Source of the DNA: an uncultured virus (IMG/VR IMGVR_UViG_2718217648_000002)
Lineage: Duplodnaviria > Heunggongvirae > Uroviricota > Caudoviricetes
Virus record (IMG/VR): IMGVR_UViG_2718217648_000002
Coordinates: 1 to 64,000 of that record
Length of the DNA stretch: 64,000 bases
Direction: 5' to 3' (one strand)
Shown here in pieces: positions 1 through 10,400 of this stretch. The translations under genes and the position numbers were made by a program. A model generated the notes under the pieces. The model was given only the letters and a program-made list of their open reading frames with translations, was not told the origin of the DNA and did not search any database. Within the stretch, counting starts at the first letter, position 1. The number at the start of each line of letters is the position of its first letter.

Positions 1-120
1 TTACGTTTCGGCTCTTTCAGCAACCTTGAACGTATCATTTTGTTGTTGGAGATAGGAAGCACCCACTGTTCCGGCAACGCCGAATAATAGAACTGCACAG
101 ATAAATAGTTTAGTTTTCAT
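1..120 (-). CDS. phr: Phr signalling pre-pro-peptide, 39 aa MKTKLFICAVLLFGVAGTVGASYLQQQNDTFKVAERAET; predicted mature peptide ERAET
   Basis: Translated by hand (not in ORF track); ATG overlaps rap stop (ATGA); signal peptide, VA cleavage motif, xRxxT pentapeptide at C-terminus. Confidence 0.9.
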   Translation of the reverse strand: MKTKLFICAVLLFGVAGTVGASYLQQQNDTFKVAERAET

Positions 121-1277
121 ATTGCTTCTCCCCTTTTGATTTGTCTTCTTGCTTCATTTGCCAAACGATAAAATTCAACTGCACCCCAAGCATCCTGTTT
201 TCCAGTGAGAAAATCTGCTACAGAGACACCATAGCTTTCCATGTCAGGGTATATACTTCTTTCTTTGAAGAACTCGAATGTTTTCCTAACTAAGTCTAAA
301 TCATAGTCCAAGAAAAGTCCTTTAACCATTTTTAACTTTTCAAGTACCATTTCATTGTTATGCCGTTCAGCCAACTGTTTGGCCTGTTCATAAAATTTTT
401 TTGCGTTTTCAATGTCATTTTGCCTTCCCTTTAAGAAGGAGATAACAAATAATGTTTTAGCAGCGTAATCATGATTTTCCGGCTCAATGATTTGAAGTGA
501 CTTATTAAAGTGAAAAAATGCTTTATCAAGTTCTTCCATTTGATTATAACATAATCCAATATTAAACAGTGCTGAACGCATCAAATGCCCACGATTCTTT
601 TCACTTTTGTTTAGCTCTACTGCTTCCTGATACGCTTTGTATGCTTGCTTTAAAGCTTCATCAAACTTCATACTGTCCAATAAATTACCAAATATGACGA
701 ATTGACAGCGTACCTTTTGTACCCCGTATGTAGGGCTCCCGTCAATAGCAGGTTGCTTTTTAAATATATCGTAAGCCCTCATGGCATAATTCATTGAAAA
801 ATAAGTCTGTTTCATGTGGTAATACACTTCTGACAATTTAAAATAAAATTCAGCTTTTTCAACTTCAATATCTTCGCTCTCAATTGAATCCAAATATCTC
901 TCAGCTTGTCTATAGTGATTAAGGGAGAATGCCAACTCCTTTTGTCTAAAATAGAACATGCCCATGAAAAAATAATAGTAATATTCGAGCATTCCAGTTA
1001 AGTTTTCATGGCCTTCGTATGCTTTTAACTCACCATAGTTTTTCTCAATGTCTTTTATAGCGTTAGGATACATATATGCCAACATTAGCTTATGTCTAAA
1101 CTCAAGTAGGGAGTAGTATAGTAAAACATCTTGGTTTTCTTCCATAATTTTTATTTCCTGCATAACTTCTTTACGCATTTCTTCTGCTCTACCGACCCAA
1201 TTCTTTTTAATAGCCACATACCAATGATTCATCTTTGTTGCTACTAAATCATAAGGAATGACCTTTTCGTTCTCCAA
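117..1277 (-). CDS. rap: Rap family response-regulator aspartate phosphatase (TPR)
   Basis: N-terminal IPYDLVATKMNHWY...MEENQDVLLYYSLLEFRHKLML, TPR repeats, 386 aa, followed by phr. Confidence 0.95.
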   Translation of the reverse strand: MENEKVIPYDLVATKMNHWYVAIKKNWVGRAEEMRKEVMQEIKIMEENQDVLLYYSLLEFRHKLMLAYMYPNAIKDIEKNYGELKAYEGHENLTGMLEYYYYFFMGMFYFRQKELAFSLNHYRQAERYLDSIESEDIEVEKAEFYFKLSEVYYHMKQTYFSMNYAMRAYDIFKKQPAIDGSPTYGVQKVRCQFVIFGNLLDSMKFDEALKQAYKAYQEAVELNKSEKNRGHLMRSALFNIGLCYNQMEELDKAFFHFNKSLQIIEPENHDYAAKTLFVISFLKGRQNDIENAKKFYEQAKQLAERHNNEMVLEKLKMVKGLFLDYDLDLVRKTFEFFKERSIYPDMESYGVSVADFLTGKQDAWGAVEFYRLANEARRQIKRGEAI

Positions 1278-1392
1278 GTCCTAAACCCCTTTCAAATCCA
1301 TTTTATTATATAGTTGCATTGGAGGAAAGAAATGTAAAGGGAATTTGAGTGAAAATTAAAAACAAATCAATAATTCGATTATGAACGAAACG

Positions 1393-1424
1393 AAAAAAAT
1401 ACCCTCCTCGTTAGAGAAGGGTAT
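1393..1424 (-). terminator. Intrinsic terminator at end of late/lysis transcript
   Basis: Minus strand ATACCCTTCTC-TAAC-GAGGAGGGTAT followed by T7. Confidence 0.75.
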
Positions 1425-1428
1425 ATGA

Positions 1429-1734
1429 TCAGTTTGCTGTTGCTTTTAGAGAAGCAAGCCACTCATCTAATGTTCCAGTGAAGCCTTGTTGAACGGCTAA
1501 TTCATATGCTGATTTTCCATCTTTACCGGCAGCACCAGTAGCTCCTTTAGCACCGGTTGCACCAGTATCACCTTTGTCTCCCTTAGCGCCAGTAGCTCCA
1601 GTGTTGCCTTTTTCACCTTTTAGTGAAGCTAACCATTCCTCTACAGTTCCTGAAAAACCATTGTCCACTGCGATTTCATAAGCAGACTTCCCAGTGACAA
1701 TTGAGACATTAACCATTGGATTGAAAAAACTCAT
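1429..1734 (-). CDS. Small collagen-like repeat protein
   Basis: G-X-Y run flanked by two GKSAYE(I/L)AV..GF.GT..EWLASLK motifs. Confidence 0.8.
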   Translation of the reverse strand: MSFFNPMVNVSIVTGKSAYEIAVDNGFSGTVEEWLASLKGEKGNTGATGAKGDKGDTGATGAKGATGAAGKDGKSAYELAVQQGFTGTLDEWLASLKATAN

Positions 1735-2021
1735 TTATGCGCCCCCAAAAAGTTATATGTAATTCCTGACTCAGAAATTTTGAAGCTTGTGATAGGTGAA
1801 TCGTGAGCGTCCATTTGAAAGCCTTGTCCAGCCCTTAAATAGATAGGATCTCCACCATTGATTGATACGTGGCATTTCTGATCATTCGAAAAGCTGAACT
1901 TATAGAAAGAATATTTAATCGTCCAGGTTGCAGGTGGGGAGGGGATTACTTCATGGTTAGATTCTGACTTCTCAAGCATTGGACTTCCGATATATCCAGA
2001 TCCTATTTGCATAATCAACAA
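1731..2021 (-). CDS. Hypothetical phage protein
   Basis: ORF with RBS, coupled to collagen-like gene. Confidence 0.7.
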   Translation of the reverse strand: MLIMQIGSGYIGSPMLEKSESNHEVIPSPPATWTIKYSFYKFSFSNDQKCHVSINGGDPIYLRAGQGFQMDAHDSPITSFKISESGITYNFLGAHK

Positions 2022-2072
2022 TCATTCCTTTCTTCTTGAAAATGAAAAAAAGGGGGAGATAAACTCCCCAAG

Positions 2073-2324
2073 TTATTTTGGCTCTGTGTATTCCATGGCT
2101 TGATCGCTGTCTGAGATACCTGTAGTGGTTGGATCCACTACAACCCCCATTGCAGTTAGAAATGTAAGCAAAGCATTAAATTTCTCAGTAAGATCATCGC
2201 TAAACACAGAAATGTCGTATCCAAATGCAGATGCAATTGCTTGTGCAAACAAAAGAGTTGCAGAGAAGATTGCAACCAGGAATGTTTTCTTTTTAAGTCT
2301 TACTTTCCAGTTAATTTTAGTCAT
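2073..2324 (-). CDS. Holin, phi LC3 family
   Basis: INWKVRLK..F N-terminus, two TM segments, GVVVDPTT.G.SDS motif. Confidence 0.9.
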   Translation of the reverse strand: MTKINWKVRLKKKTFLVAIFSATLLFAQAIASAFGYDISVFSDDLTEKFNALLTFLTAMGVVVDPTTTGISDSDQAMEYTEPK

Positions 2325-2336
2325 TAAATCGTCTCC

Positions 2337-2726
2337 TTATAAATTAGCTAATTTGGTGATATCAACACCAGCGATCTCTGCACCAAGCAGTAAGAGAATA
2401 ATTAGAACTAAAATCTTTAATGTCTTGCCGAATGTTCCTTCTAATAAGTTTTGAAGCCATTTTGTTTGCGACTGATTAACTTGCTGAAACTCATTTCTTA
2501 GTCCAGCTATCTCAGTGGTGAACAAATTTTTTGTTTCAACAAGGTTTTTTTCCTGATTCTCAACAACAGTGGTAAGCCTAATGAGCGATTCACTTGTTGT
2601 TTTTTGTGTTTCCAACATGATTTTTCTATCTTCTGCTTGTTCTTTAAGACGTTCTTTTATATGAGCGACCTCGGTCTTTAAAACTTCATAGTTTTCTTTT
2701 TCAGCCACAATGCAATCATCCTCCAT
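2337..2726 (-). CDS. Coiled-coil protein with C-terminal TM, holin-associated position
   Basis: Between endolysin and holin; start probably GTG near 2708. Confidence 0.6.
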   Translation of the reverse strand: MEDDCIVAEKENYEVLKTEVAHIKERLKEQAEDRKIMLETQKTTSESLIRLTTVVENQEKNLVETKNLFTTEIAGLRNEFQQVNQSQTKWLQNLLEGTFGKTLKILVLIILLLLGAEIAGVDITKLANL

Positions 2727-2814
2727 AAAAAATAGGAGGTAATGTCACATCACCTCCTAAATAATCATTGATACACTTTGAGCTACAATCATTCTCAAAG
2801 ATATTTAAATATAT

Positions 2815-3861
2815 TTAGATTTTTGAGCCAAATTGTCCTGAGATGTAGCCTCGTTTACCTTTGTAGATAACTTCCCAGTAACCCTTAGCATTGTTTAACC
2901 CTTTCACTGAGCCAGAAATGCTGACGGTATCACCTAGCTCCACAGTGCCGAGATTCTTCGCTTTGTTTTTATCAGGTCTGTCCATTACGATAGCAGCGCT
3001 TTTTACTCCGACAACTTTAATCTTGCCTACAGATTTGATTCCACTGCTATCAGGCTTAGAAGTGGGTTTAGGCTTTGGGGTTGATTTTCCAAGCTCAGCA
3101 TCACTTTTAATGTATTTCACATTTACATATCCGCTGTATGTAGCGCCTTTGGAGTTTGTATATTTGATATAACCCCAACCATTTTGAGTTGATCCTTTTT
3201 GGTATTGGACAGTGGAGCCTTTAGGAAGGGCAAGTACAATAGAGGAGTTCGCATTGCGCTGAGTTCTCACATTAAGACTGTCTGCGATAACTGTGTTCTT
3301 AACATAAGAGCCATTTGTTTTAACGACTTTTGTTGGCTTTGAAGATGAGGAAGAAGTTTTCCCGCCGAGTGCTTTCAATTCAGCAGCAATAGAAGCTTTA
3401 ACAGCATTCCAACGTCCTTCATCAAGAACTCGATGTGGGCAATACTTGCCAGACCAGTCTTGATGCTTTTTAACTCGATCTATGCCCCAGCCACGTTCTT
3501 TAAGGAGTTGTGCAATAAACTTAATAGCCAACGCTTCAGCTTTTTTATAGCGCTCTCCGCCTGATTTAGAGTAGCAAACTTCTACACCGATGGAAGTCCG
3601 GTTTCCTGAATTCACACCTGATCCATCACCCGTATGCCATGCATTACGATTTGTAGGAATCCCTTGGACAACCTCTTTATCATCTACAGCAAAGTGAAAA
3701 GAAACTTCATTATTGTTACCGATCATATAACTAACTTCATTTTGCGCTGGTGCGTCGTTGTATGTATTGTGAAAAGTGATGAATGAAGCAGATAATGCAT
3801 ATGGACATTTGATTGAATATTTGTCTGGTGATACTAACATTTGTCTCGCTTGAATAGCCAT
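2815..3861 (-). CDS. blyA: Endolysin, N-acetylmuramoyl-L-alanine amidase (Amidase_2) with SH3-like wall-binding domains
   Basis: HNTYND, SFHFAVDD, AWHTGDG, HQDWSGKYCP motifs; start moved to MAIQ after AGGAGAG RBS. Confidence 0.9.
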   Translation of the reverse strand: MAIQARQMLVSPDKYSIKCPYALSASFITFHNTYNDAPAQNEVSYMIGNNNEVSFHFAVDDKEVVQGIPTNRNAWHTGDGSGVNSGNRTSIGVEVCYSKSGGERYKKAEALAIKFIAQLLKERGWGIDRVKKHQDWSGKYCPHRVLDEGRWNAVKASIAAELKALGGKTSSSSSKPTKVVKTNGSYVKNTVIADSLNVRTQRNANSSIVLALPKGSTVQYQKGSTQNGWGYIKYTNSKGATYSGYVNVKYIKSDAELGKSTPKPKPTSKPDSSGIKSVGKIKVVGVKSAAIVMDRPDKNKAKNLGTVELGDTVSISGSVKGLNNAKGYWEVIYKGKRGYISGQFGSKI

Positions 3862-4030
3862 ATTAAACATCTCTCCTAAATTAAATTTGAGCACAAAAAA
3901 GAGAGAAGGGGACAAATCCCTATCTCTCTTTATCTCACGTATGCTCTTGTTATCTCTGTTTTTGAATGCCGTAAATTGAATAAAATTTATATTTTAACTA
4001 GAACATAACCACCTCCTTTAATTTTAAGGG

Positions 4031-6580
4031 TTACTTAATTAAGCAGATGGCAATGCCGTAACCGAGCTTGTCTGAATATGGAGTTACAATCTCCATAGCC
4101 TTCCAAGAGTAAAACCTGTCTTCTGATTTTGTGCCGATTCCATAATTACCTTCAATTCGATCTCCCACAGAAACAGTACTGTCCACTTTCACATAAACCT
4201 GTCCAAGCAATCCTACTATATTCCATTCAGGACGTTCTTCACGAGGGACGTAATCTATTTTTTCAATCCACTCAGGGTTTACTTTAGGCAGCTTCTTAAC
4301 ATCACCGGTTTCTGGGTTGACCACATCTTCATATATGTATCCACCAAACTCATTCTTTAAATATCTACCTTGCCAGTGAATATCAGCTCCTCCTAGAATA
4401 GTTCCTGCAGTTTCAGAGATTACTCCGTGTACATCTTCACCTTTTCTCGCCGGGCGAATTTTAGCTCCTTCAAGAGTGACAATTGTCCCTGTCGGAATTG
4501 CTTTTCCGTCAAGACTTTCAAAATACTCAGCGTAATCACTAAAGGTGGCTCCGCCATTCATCTTTCCTGCCGATGTTATATCCCCATTCATGGAGTTTAG
4601 CATCCATTTAATATTTGCTCTGGACGGAGTAGCGCCATATCCGCCAACCACCATATAGCGATCATTTTCACCAAGTTTTACACCTCCAGAAGCGTGGATT
4701 TCACGTGATACATTTTGCCCCTCGATATGAGAATCATTGGAGTTGTAAACACCGCTACGAGATCCATCTACAGAGCTTCCGCCTGATGAGCCGAAAACGT
4801 TGGTTCTTGTTCCCTTTGCAACGCATCCTCCGGTAGTAGCTCCAACTAAAGTGGCATCTCCAAGTGCTTGAGGTTCACCCGATGAAGCTAATACTGCACT
4901 AGTATTTGTTTTAGCATAGCCAGAAGTCGTAGCCCCACGTAGACCGCCCTTGAAATTATTCGGGATAAACGTGTAGGTTTTTCCGGCAATTTTACTGGGA
5001 GTAGCGTATTGTTCACACATCGCAGCGCTAATATTAGCTTGTGAATTCGTGCAGTAAACACCTATCGAACCTGCTTTGTTTGATCCCGTCATGTTAACGT
5101 TATTGATATTGACTGAGCCAACTTTACTTCCCACAGCAATACCAACTAAAGCAGATTGGTTAATGGTTACATTCGAGATGTTTACATTATCTGATTTTTG
5201 AGCTCCACCGATTACATAGATATCGTTACTCGCTGTTGTAAATCCCGAAACAGTGATGTTGCTTAGGTTGATATTTTTGCTTTTATATTGGGTGGTGATG
5301 ATTGCAGTGTTTTTATAATCATAGGTTGGATCACCAATTGCGTTGAAGTTCGAAACGTTGACATTTCTATAAGCGGAAATGACTAGTGCGCGAGGATTTA
5401 AACCTTGATAAAGGTCACTGAAAATAGGATGTTGTGCAGTGCAGTTAACGACATTAATGTCAAATGCACTTGTGGAGATTTTTTCGGAGGCTAGGTGGAA
5501 GCCAATATGTCTAAAGTCGAAAGCGCGGATATCATTTTCGGAATAGCAGTTTATTAAGTTTACGTTTCTTGCTGCAGGTGCTCTATTGTGAGCTTTGACT
5601 TCAAAACCCCTGCAATTTTTTCGGCTGTAACAGTTCACAAGCCATACGTTTTTAGAGCCATCATCAATTTCAAAACCGTTTGAATTTGAAGCTCCTTTGC
5701 TGTGTGCGGATCCATTAGCGTCATAGGCGTAACAGTTAGTGAAGAAGATGTAGTCTGAATAGTGAGTTGTGAAGCCATCATCACCATAGTTAGTTGCAGT
5801 ACAATTTTCAATCCAAACATATTTGCTACCATTTGGCTGATAATGATCTGCTCCATCAGAAGAAGAGTTCCAAACAGGGGAGCTTACATCAAAACCGTGT
5901 ACACCTGGATTACGAGCATTGACGTTTCTAACCCGAACAAATTTAGAGTTAACAATCCCCACACAGTTTGCATTTGTTCCATTTGTAATGGTGTTGTCCT
6001 TTTTGTCTAAATTCCAATCGAGGTCTAAGTCTTCAATTAAGATATATTCGTTTCCGTTTGTGTAGTCGCTATTGGTTAACACACAAGATGTTCCGGTAGC
6101 AGTTGGGTGAAGCTTGATAATAGATCCTGATCCAACACCGTAAAGTCTGACATAAGAAGGGATATGTAATCCTTGAACCATATAAATACCTGCGGGTACA
6201 AAAACTTCTCGCTTCCCGCTGGCAAAGGCAGCTTTGAAAGCTTCAGTGTCATCAGTAACACCATCACCCTTAGCTCCAAAATCCTGAACATTGACACTTC
6301 GTCTGATAAACTCATTTAAGACTTTATCAACAATTGTTGCACCAGCTGCAGGGATTTTTGAAATGTCTCCAATAGTGTTTGTGATATCTGTTAAACCAGA
6401 ATCGACTGTGCTTATTACGTTTTTAATATCCTTAGAAGCTTTATCAAAAGCCTCTTGAATATCGTCTGCAGTATATCTAATATTATTTGATTTTAACCCT
6501 ATGGCATCAATGGGTATCCATTGCTCTGTTTCTTCGTCCTTATAGCCCATTGTGTTTACGGGAATTAAATTGTCGCTCAA
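4031..6580 (-). CDS. Pre-neck appendage/tail spike: pectate-lyase-like beta-helix with C-terminal peptidase G2 autocleaving chaperone (phi29 gp12/YobO-like)
   Basis: VNVQDFGAKGDGVTDDT, beta-helix repeats, DYAEYFES and RPEWNIVGLLGQ motifs. Confidence 0.85.
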   Translation of the reverse strand: MSDNLIPVNTMGYKDEETEQWIPIDAIGLKSNNIRYTADDIQEAFDKASKDIKNVISTVDSGLTDITNTIGDISKIPAAGATIVDKVLNEFIRRSVNVQDFGAKGDGVTDDTEAFKAAFASGKREVFVPAGIYMVQGLHIPSYVRLYGVGSGSIIKLHPTATGTSCVLTNSDYTNGNEYILIEDLDLDWNLDKKDNTITNGTNANCVGIVNSKFVRVRNVNARNPGVHGFDVSSPVWNSSSDGADHYQPNGSKYVWIENCTATNYGDDGFTTHYSDYIFFTNCYAYDANGSAHSKGASNSNGFEIDDGSKNVWLVNCYSRKNCRGFEVKAHNRAPAARNVNLINCYSENDIRAFDFRHIGFHLASEKISTSAFDINVVNCTAQHPIFSDLYQGLNPRALVISAYRNVNVSNFNAIGDPTYDYKNTAIITTQYKSKNINLSNITVSGFTTASNDIYVIGGAQKSDNVNISNVTINQSALVGIAVGSKVGSVNINNVNMTGSNKAGSIGVYCTNSQANISAAMCEQYATPSKIAGKTYTFIPNNFKGGLRGATTSGYAKTNTSAVLASSGEPQALGDATLVGATTGGCVAKGTRTNVFGSSGGSSVDGSRSGVYNSNDSHIEGQNVSREIHASGGVKLGENDRYMVVGGYGATPSRANIKWMLNSMNGDITSAGKMNGGATFSDYAEYFESLDGKAIPTGTIVTLEGAKIRPARKGEDVHGVISETAGTILGGADIHWQGRYLKNEFGGYIYEDVVNPETGDVKKLPKVNPEWIEKIDYVPREERPEWNIVGLLGQVYVKVDSTVSVGDRIEGNYGIGTKSEDRFYSWKAMEIVTPYSDKLGYGIAICLIK

Positions 6581-6593
6581 TATATACTCCTCC

Positions 6594-7409
6594 TTATCCT
6601 TTTCTAATCCAAACCATGCTTCCGTCAGGGGGTTCTACAGATGGTTTTATCCTCATCTTTTTGGGAGCATTGTTCGTTCTCAACCATACTGATCTGATGT
6701 TGTAAGGCTCTACATAGCTAGAAACAATGTTGAAACCATCATACTTATCTGACACGCTAATATTTATCCAGTCGAAACCATCCCATCGATATTCAATGCC
6801 TGTTTCTTTTACAGTGACAGTCCAACCAATTTGAGGGGAAGGATAAGTGTTCAATAAATCCTGATAGGTGTACACAAACGGCAAGTAAATCTTCCTAGTA
6901 TTCTCAACTACATACTCATAATCTGATGTTGCTTGTCTGCACCAATTTGTTATTTCAATACAGCGCTTGGTGACACGTTCACATTCAGCAATACGTTCAT
7001 TGATACGAATAATGGCATCTTCAGCATCATCAATTAAGCCTTGAAGCGTTTCAATGACCATATTTCCTTGTCGTTTAATCCAAATTCTTGAGGCAGGGAA
7101 GAAGGATGCGCCTTCTCCTTGATATGCAAAAGTAAGTGATTTGCCTTCATTTGAACCATTGAAAAAGACAACTCCCATAAGGTAATCAACCTTAAAGTAG
7201 TTGTCTTCTAATTCACCATCTTCAATTTCTCGCCATTCTTTACTGTCACCACTAACCTCGACTCTGTACTCACGGTTAGGTACTTCTGTAAGTAAGACTC
7301 GACCATTGTAAACAGTTAAAGTTTCACTATAGCTTAAATAAGGGTCATCGATTGAACCCTTCCTTTTTTGAGAAAGGGTAGGGTCGTTATAGAGCTGAGG
7401 AAAATCCAA
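6594..7409 (-). CDS. yomF: Tail/baseplate protein, YomF-like
   Basis: 271 aa, synteny. Confidence 0.65.
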   Translation of the reverse strand: MDFPQLYNDPTLSQKRKGSIDDPYLSYSETLTVYNGRVLLTEVPNREYRVEVSGDSKEWREIEDGELEDNYFKVDYLMGVVFFNGSNEGKSLTFAYQGEGASFFPASRIWIKRQGNMVIETLQGLIDDAEDAIIRINERIAECERVTKRCIEITNWCRQATSDYEYVVENTRKIYLPFVYTYQDLLNTYPSPQIGWTVTVKETGIEYRWDGFDWINISVSDKYDGFNIVSSYVEPYNIRSVWLRTNNAPKKMRIKPSVEPPDGSMVWIRKG

Positions 7410-7429
7410 ACTAAATTCACCGTCCTTTC

Positions 7430-10400
7430 TTATTGTGTAATTGATTTGAGCAATTCTTCTAAGTGCGCGACTCTCTCTTCTAAACTCTGCAGTCTGCCCT
7501 TAGTACCACCTAATGTTTGTCCTCTAATAATGGATTCAGCTTTCTTGTCAATTACGTTGTAAACAGACTTCTCATCTGAAATTGCATATACAGAATATCC
7601 TTGCCACCAATCTTGAGCTTGAAAAACTCTAACCCATGCTTCAAACCAATTCGCCTGAATTGATTCATTGTATTCCCCTAGGTCACCGAATGCGTTATGG
7701 GGCTGTTCAGGAGAGTTACTGTAAGGTGGGATGCCAAGTTCACCAAAGAAGATCGGCTTATTCCATTTATCATAAAATGCTTTGATTTCCTTGAATATAT
7801 TTTGTCCGCGTCCGTATAACGGTACGCTATAAATAGCATCAATTAGCTGATCGACAGATGGATTTCGATTATCAGTTAATTCAAAGTAAGCCGCTATTGC
7901 AATAATATCGACTAGTCCGAATAGAGGATTATTCAGCTTTTTGTTGTAGGCAGCAATCGTTTCGGGAGCCCAATCAGCGGTTACCCAATAATTTGTTCGG
8001 TAGAGCATCTTTCCACTGAATAAACTCCTAACGCTTGTAATAACTGATTTCCACTTTTCTGTTGAGTCTTCCATATGAACTAGGTTTGAAGCAATGTATA
8101 AACCGTCTAATTTAAATTGTTCGCATTTTTTAGCGAAGTCTTGCAGGATGTTGTTCCATGCTACGAACCATTGGTCTAGATCAGAAGGTGCCCAATCGGT
8201 TTCAGCTATCGTTCCATTTGCGATGAAGGGGTAGGGTTCTAAAATAATGTTGTACCCGTCATTTTTGAGTTTAGGGATCATATCCCACGCTTCGTTATAA
8301 GTGTAATCCACAACAGTTGGATTTGAGTCTGAAGCATCCACAGCATTAATAAGGATAGGAATAGTGATTGTATTTAAGTTTAAAACAGTTGAGTCATAAC
8401 TAACATCAGCATAATATTTACGACCAAATGCAGAAACATTTCCGCCTTTCCATTTCAGGGGATTGACCAAAAGGTTATTGAGCTCAATGTTTTGGACACG
8501 ACTATCATAGTCGGAGAGTTTAGTGTCAACTTGTGCTGCTGTGGTTTCAACTAACTCAGCAGTTTTCTGGTCACTGGAAACCCATTTTTCGCCGTCATAA
8601 GAGGAAACAACACCGGTAACCGTATTAGTCCATAAATCGTTTGCTTCTGGCTCTTCGGGTTCAGTTGAGGAGACAGTGTATTTCGAGCCATTAAGCTTAC
8701 CTTTGACTTCTACAGTAGAAGAGGGGAGGTAGGGGTTTTCTGAGGGGAATTTAGGCTGTACAATATCAGATAGTATTCGACCACTGCTATCAATGGACGT
8801 CTCTACTGTGCGATAGGCTTGGACTCCAAATGTATAGTGTTTATTTGAAACTTGACCGGTTAATGTTGCAATTCGTTTATCATAACTAACTGATAAATAT
8901 TGTTCAGCTGACATCTTTGCACCAAAAAGATAGGTATCATCTGATGTGTCAGAGTAGCAATGGATAAGAAAACCATCGATATTGTATTTATCCTCATCGG
9001 AGTCTGGAAAATCCCATTCAATTGATACATCTACAGATCCATTATCATTTACAACATGAGTTATAGCAGTCCCGTCATTTCGGATAGTTGGGTTTGCTAC
9101 GGGTGCAGATATACGATCATTTCGTGCATTGTAATTGGTCAGTAGGGTATCATAATCAATCTTTTTCTTATTGAATTCAGTTGATGCTTTCTTAGCAGTA
9201 TACAATGAGCGTGCAAAGTCTTGTTCTATCGTAGTAGCTCTTTTTCCATTCGAGAGTGTTACTTGTATACTTTGCTGCTCAAAATCAAAATTCATTCCTG
9301 TAAGTGTTGCTTTGACATCAGTTCTAAAATCGTCATTAACTAATCTGATTATATCTCCCAGGTAAATTCTATCCCAAAAATCCTTTTCTTTGTTGACAGT
9401 GAATAAGTTGACAATGTTTGTTCTGATGTCTACCGGAGGTGTATTTTTCTCCCCAAGTTCCTCAAGGCCTTTTTCATACAGCTCTGTTTCATCAAAAATG
9501 TTGTCATTAGACCAATCATCTTGACGGATAAAATAAGACAACTTTTTCATTAGCTTTTCACCGAGAAACTTATCCATAGATAACCGATCTTTTAACACTG
9601 CTATTTCTTCAGTTATCTTGGAAATCTGATTGGCAGTGGTGGATATTTCAGCTTTCTTTGATGTAACTTCAAGTTGTTTGGCATCTCTTTGCTTGATAAG
9701 GTCTTTCGTGTCATCTCCAGCTTTTTTTGCTACTGTGATCTTATCTAAGATTTGTTGTAATTCAATTTTTTCTAGGGTGAAGAGGGTATTCTCCTGTGTT
9801 GTTTTTGTTGCTTCCAGATCTTTTTTCTGATTTAAAAGGAGGTAAAAAGAAGAGCCTTCTTTATTTACAAGTTCATTGTAATCTAAAATTGCATGGCACA
9901 AATCATCATCCATGTAATCACTATGCTTAATTACATTTCTCTTTTCATCACGTTCAAAAGGGTAGAGGAAATAAGAGAAATCATCCAAGTAACTTTGTCC
10001 AGTAGGATTGACTGAATTAATAACAATTCCATCTTTACCGGTAATGTCTAATCGTGTTACAACTTCATCAATATCAATGGTATCTTCCATATCAATCATG
10101 AACCTTTTAGGAGAGAATTGGACACCTTTATACTTGGACACAGTTTCTTTTTTATAAAATGATACTGTGTTGTTCACAGTATCAAATATAGGCACAGCCT
10201 CAAAAGTTTCTCCAATGTTCTTTAAAAACTCATATCGGGTAGAGGTAACATCAAATGAGCGGCGTTTTTCATTAAAAGAGGGGTCAATAAAGTCTACAGT
10301 AAAGCAAGTTCCTTTAAGACAATCTGTGGCAACTTCCAACAGATTTTTAGAGATGCCTTCATATGATTTGATTTTGCTTTTATGAAGAATGTAGGGAAGT

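Noticed and set aside
173..196. SigmaH promoter for phr inside rap (AGGA..GAAT)
   Set aside because: Plausible position, but 16-nt gap is shorter than consensus; not called
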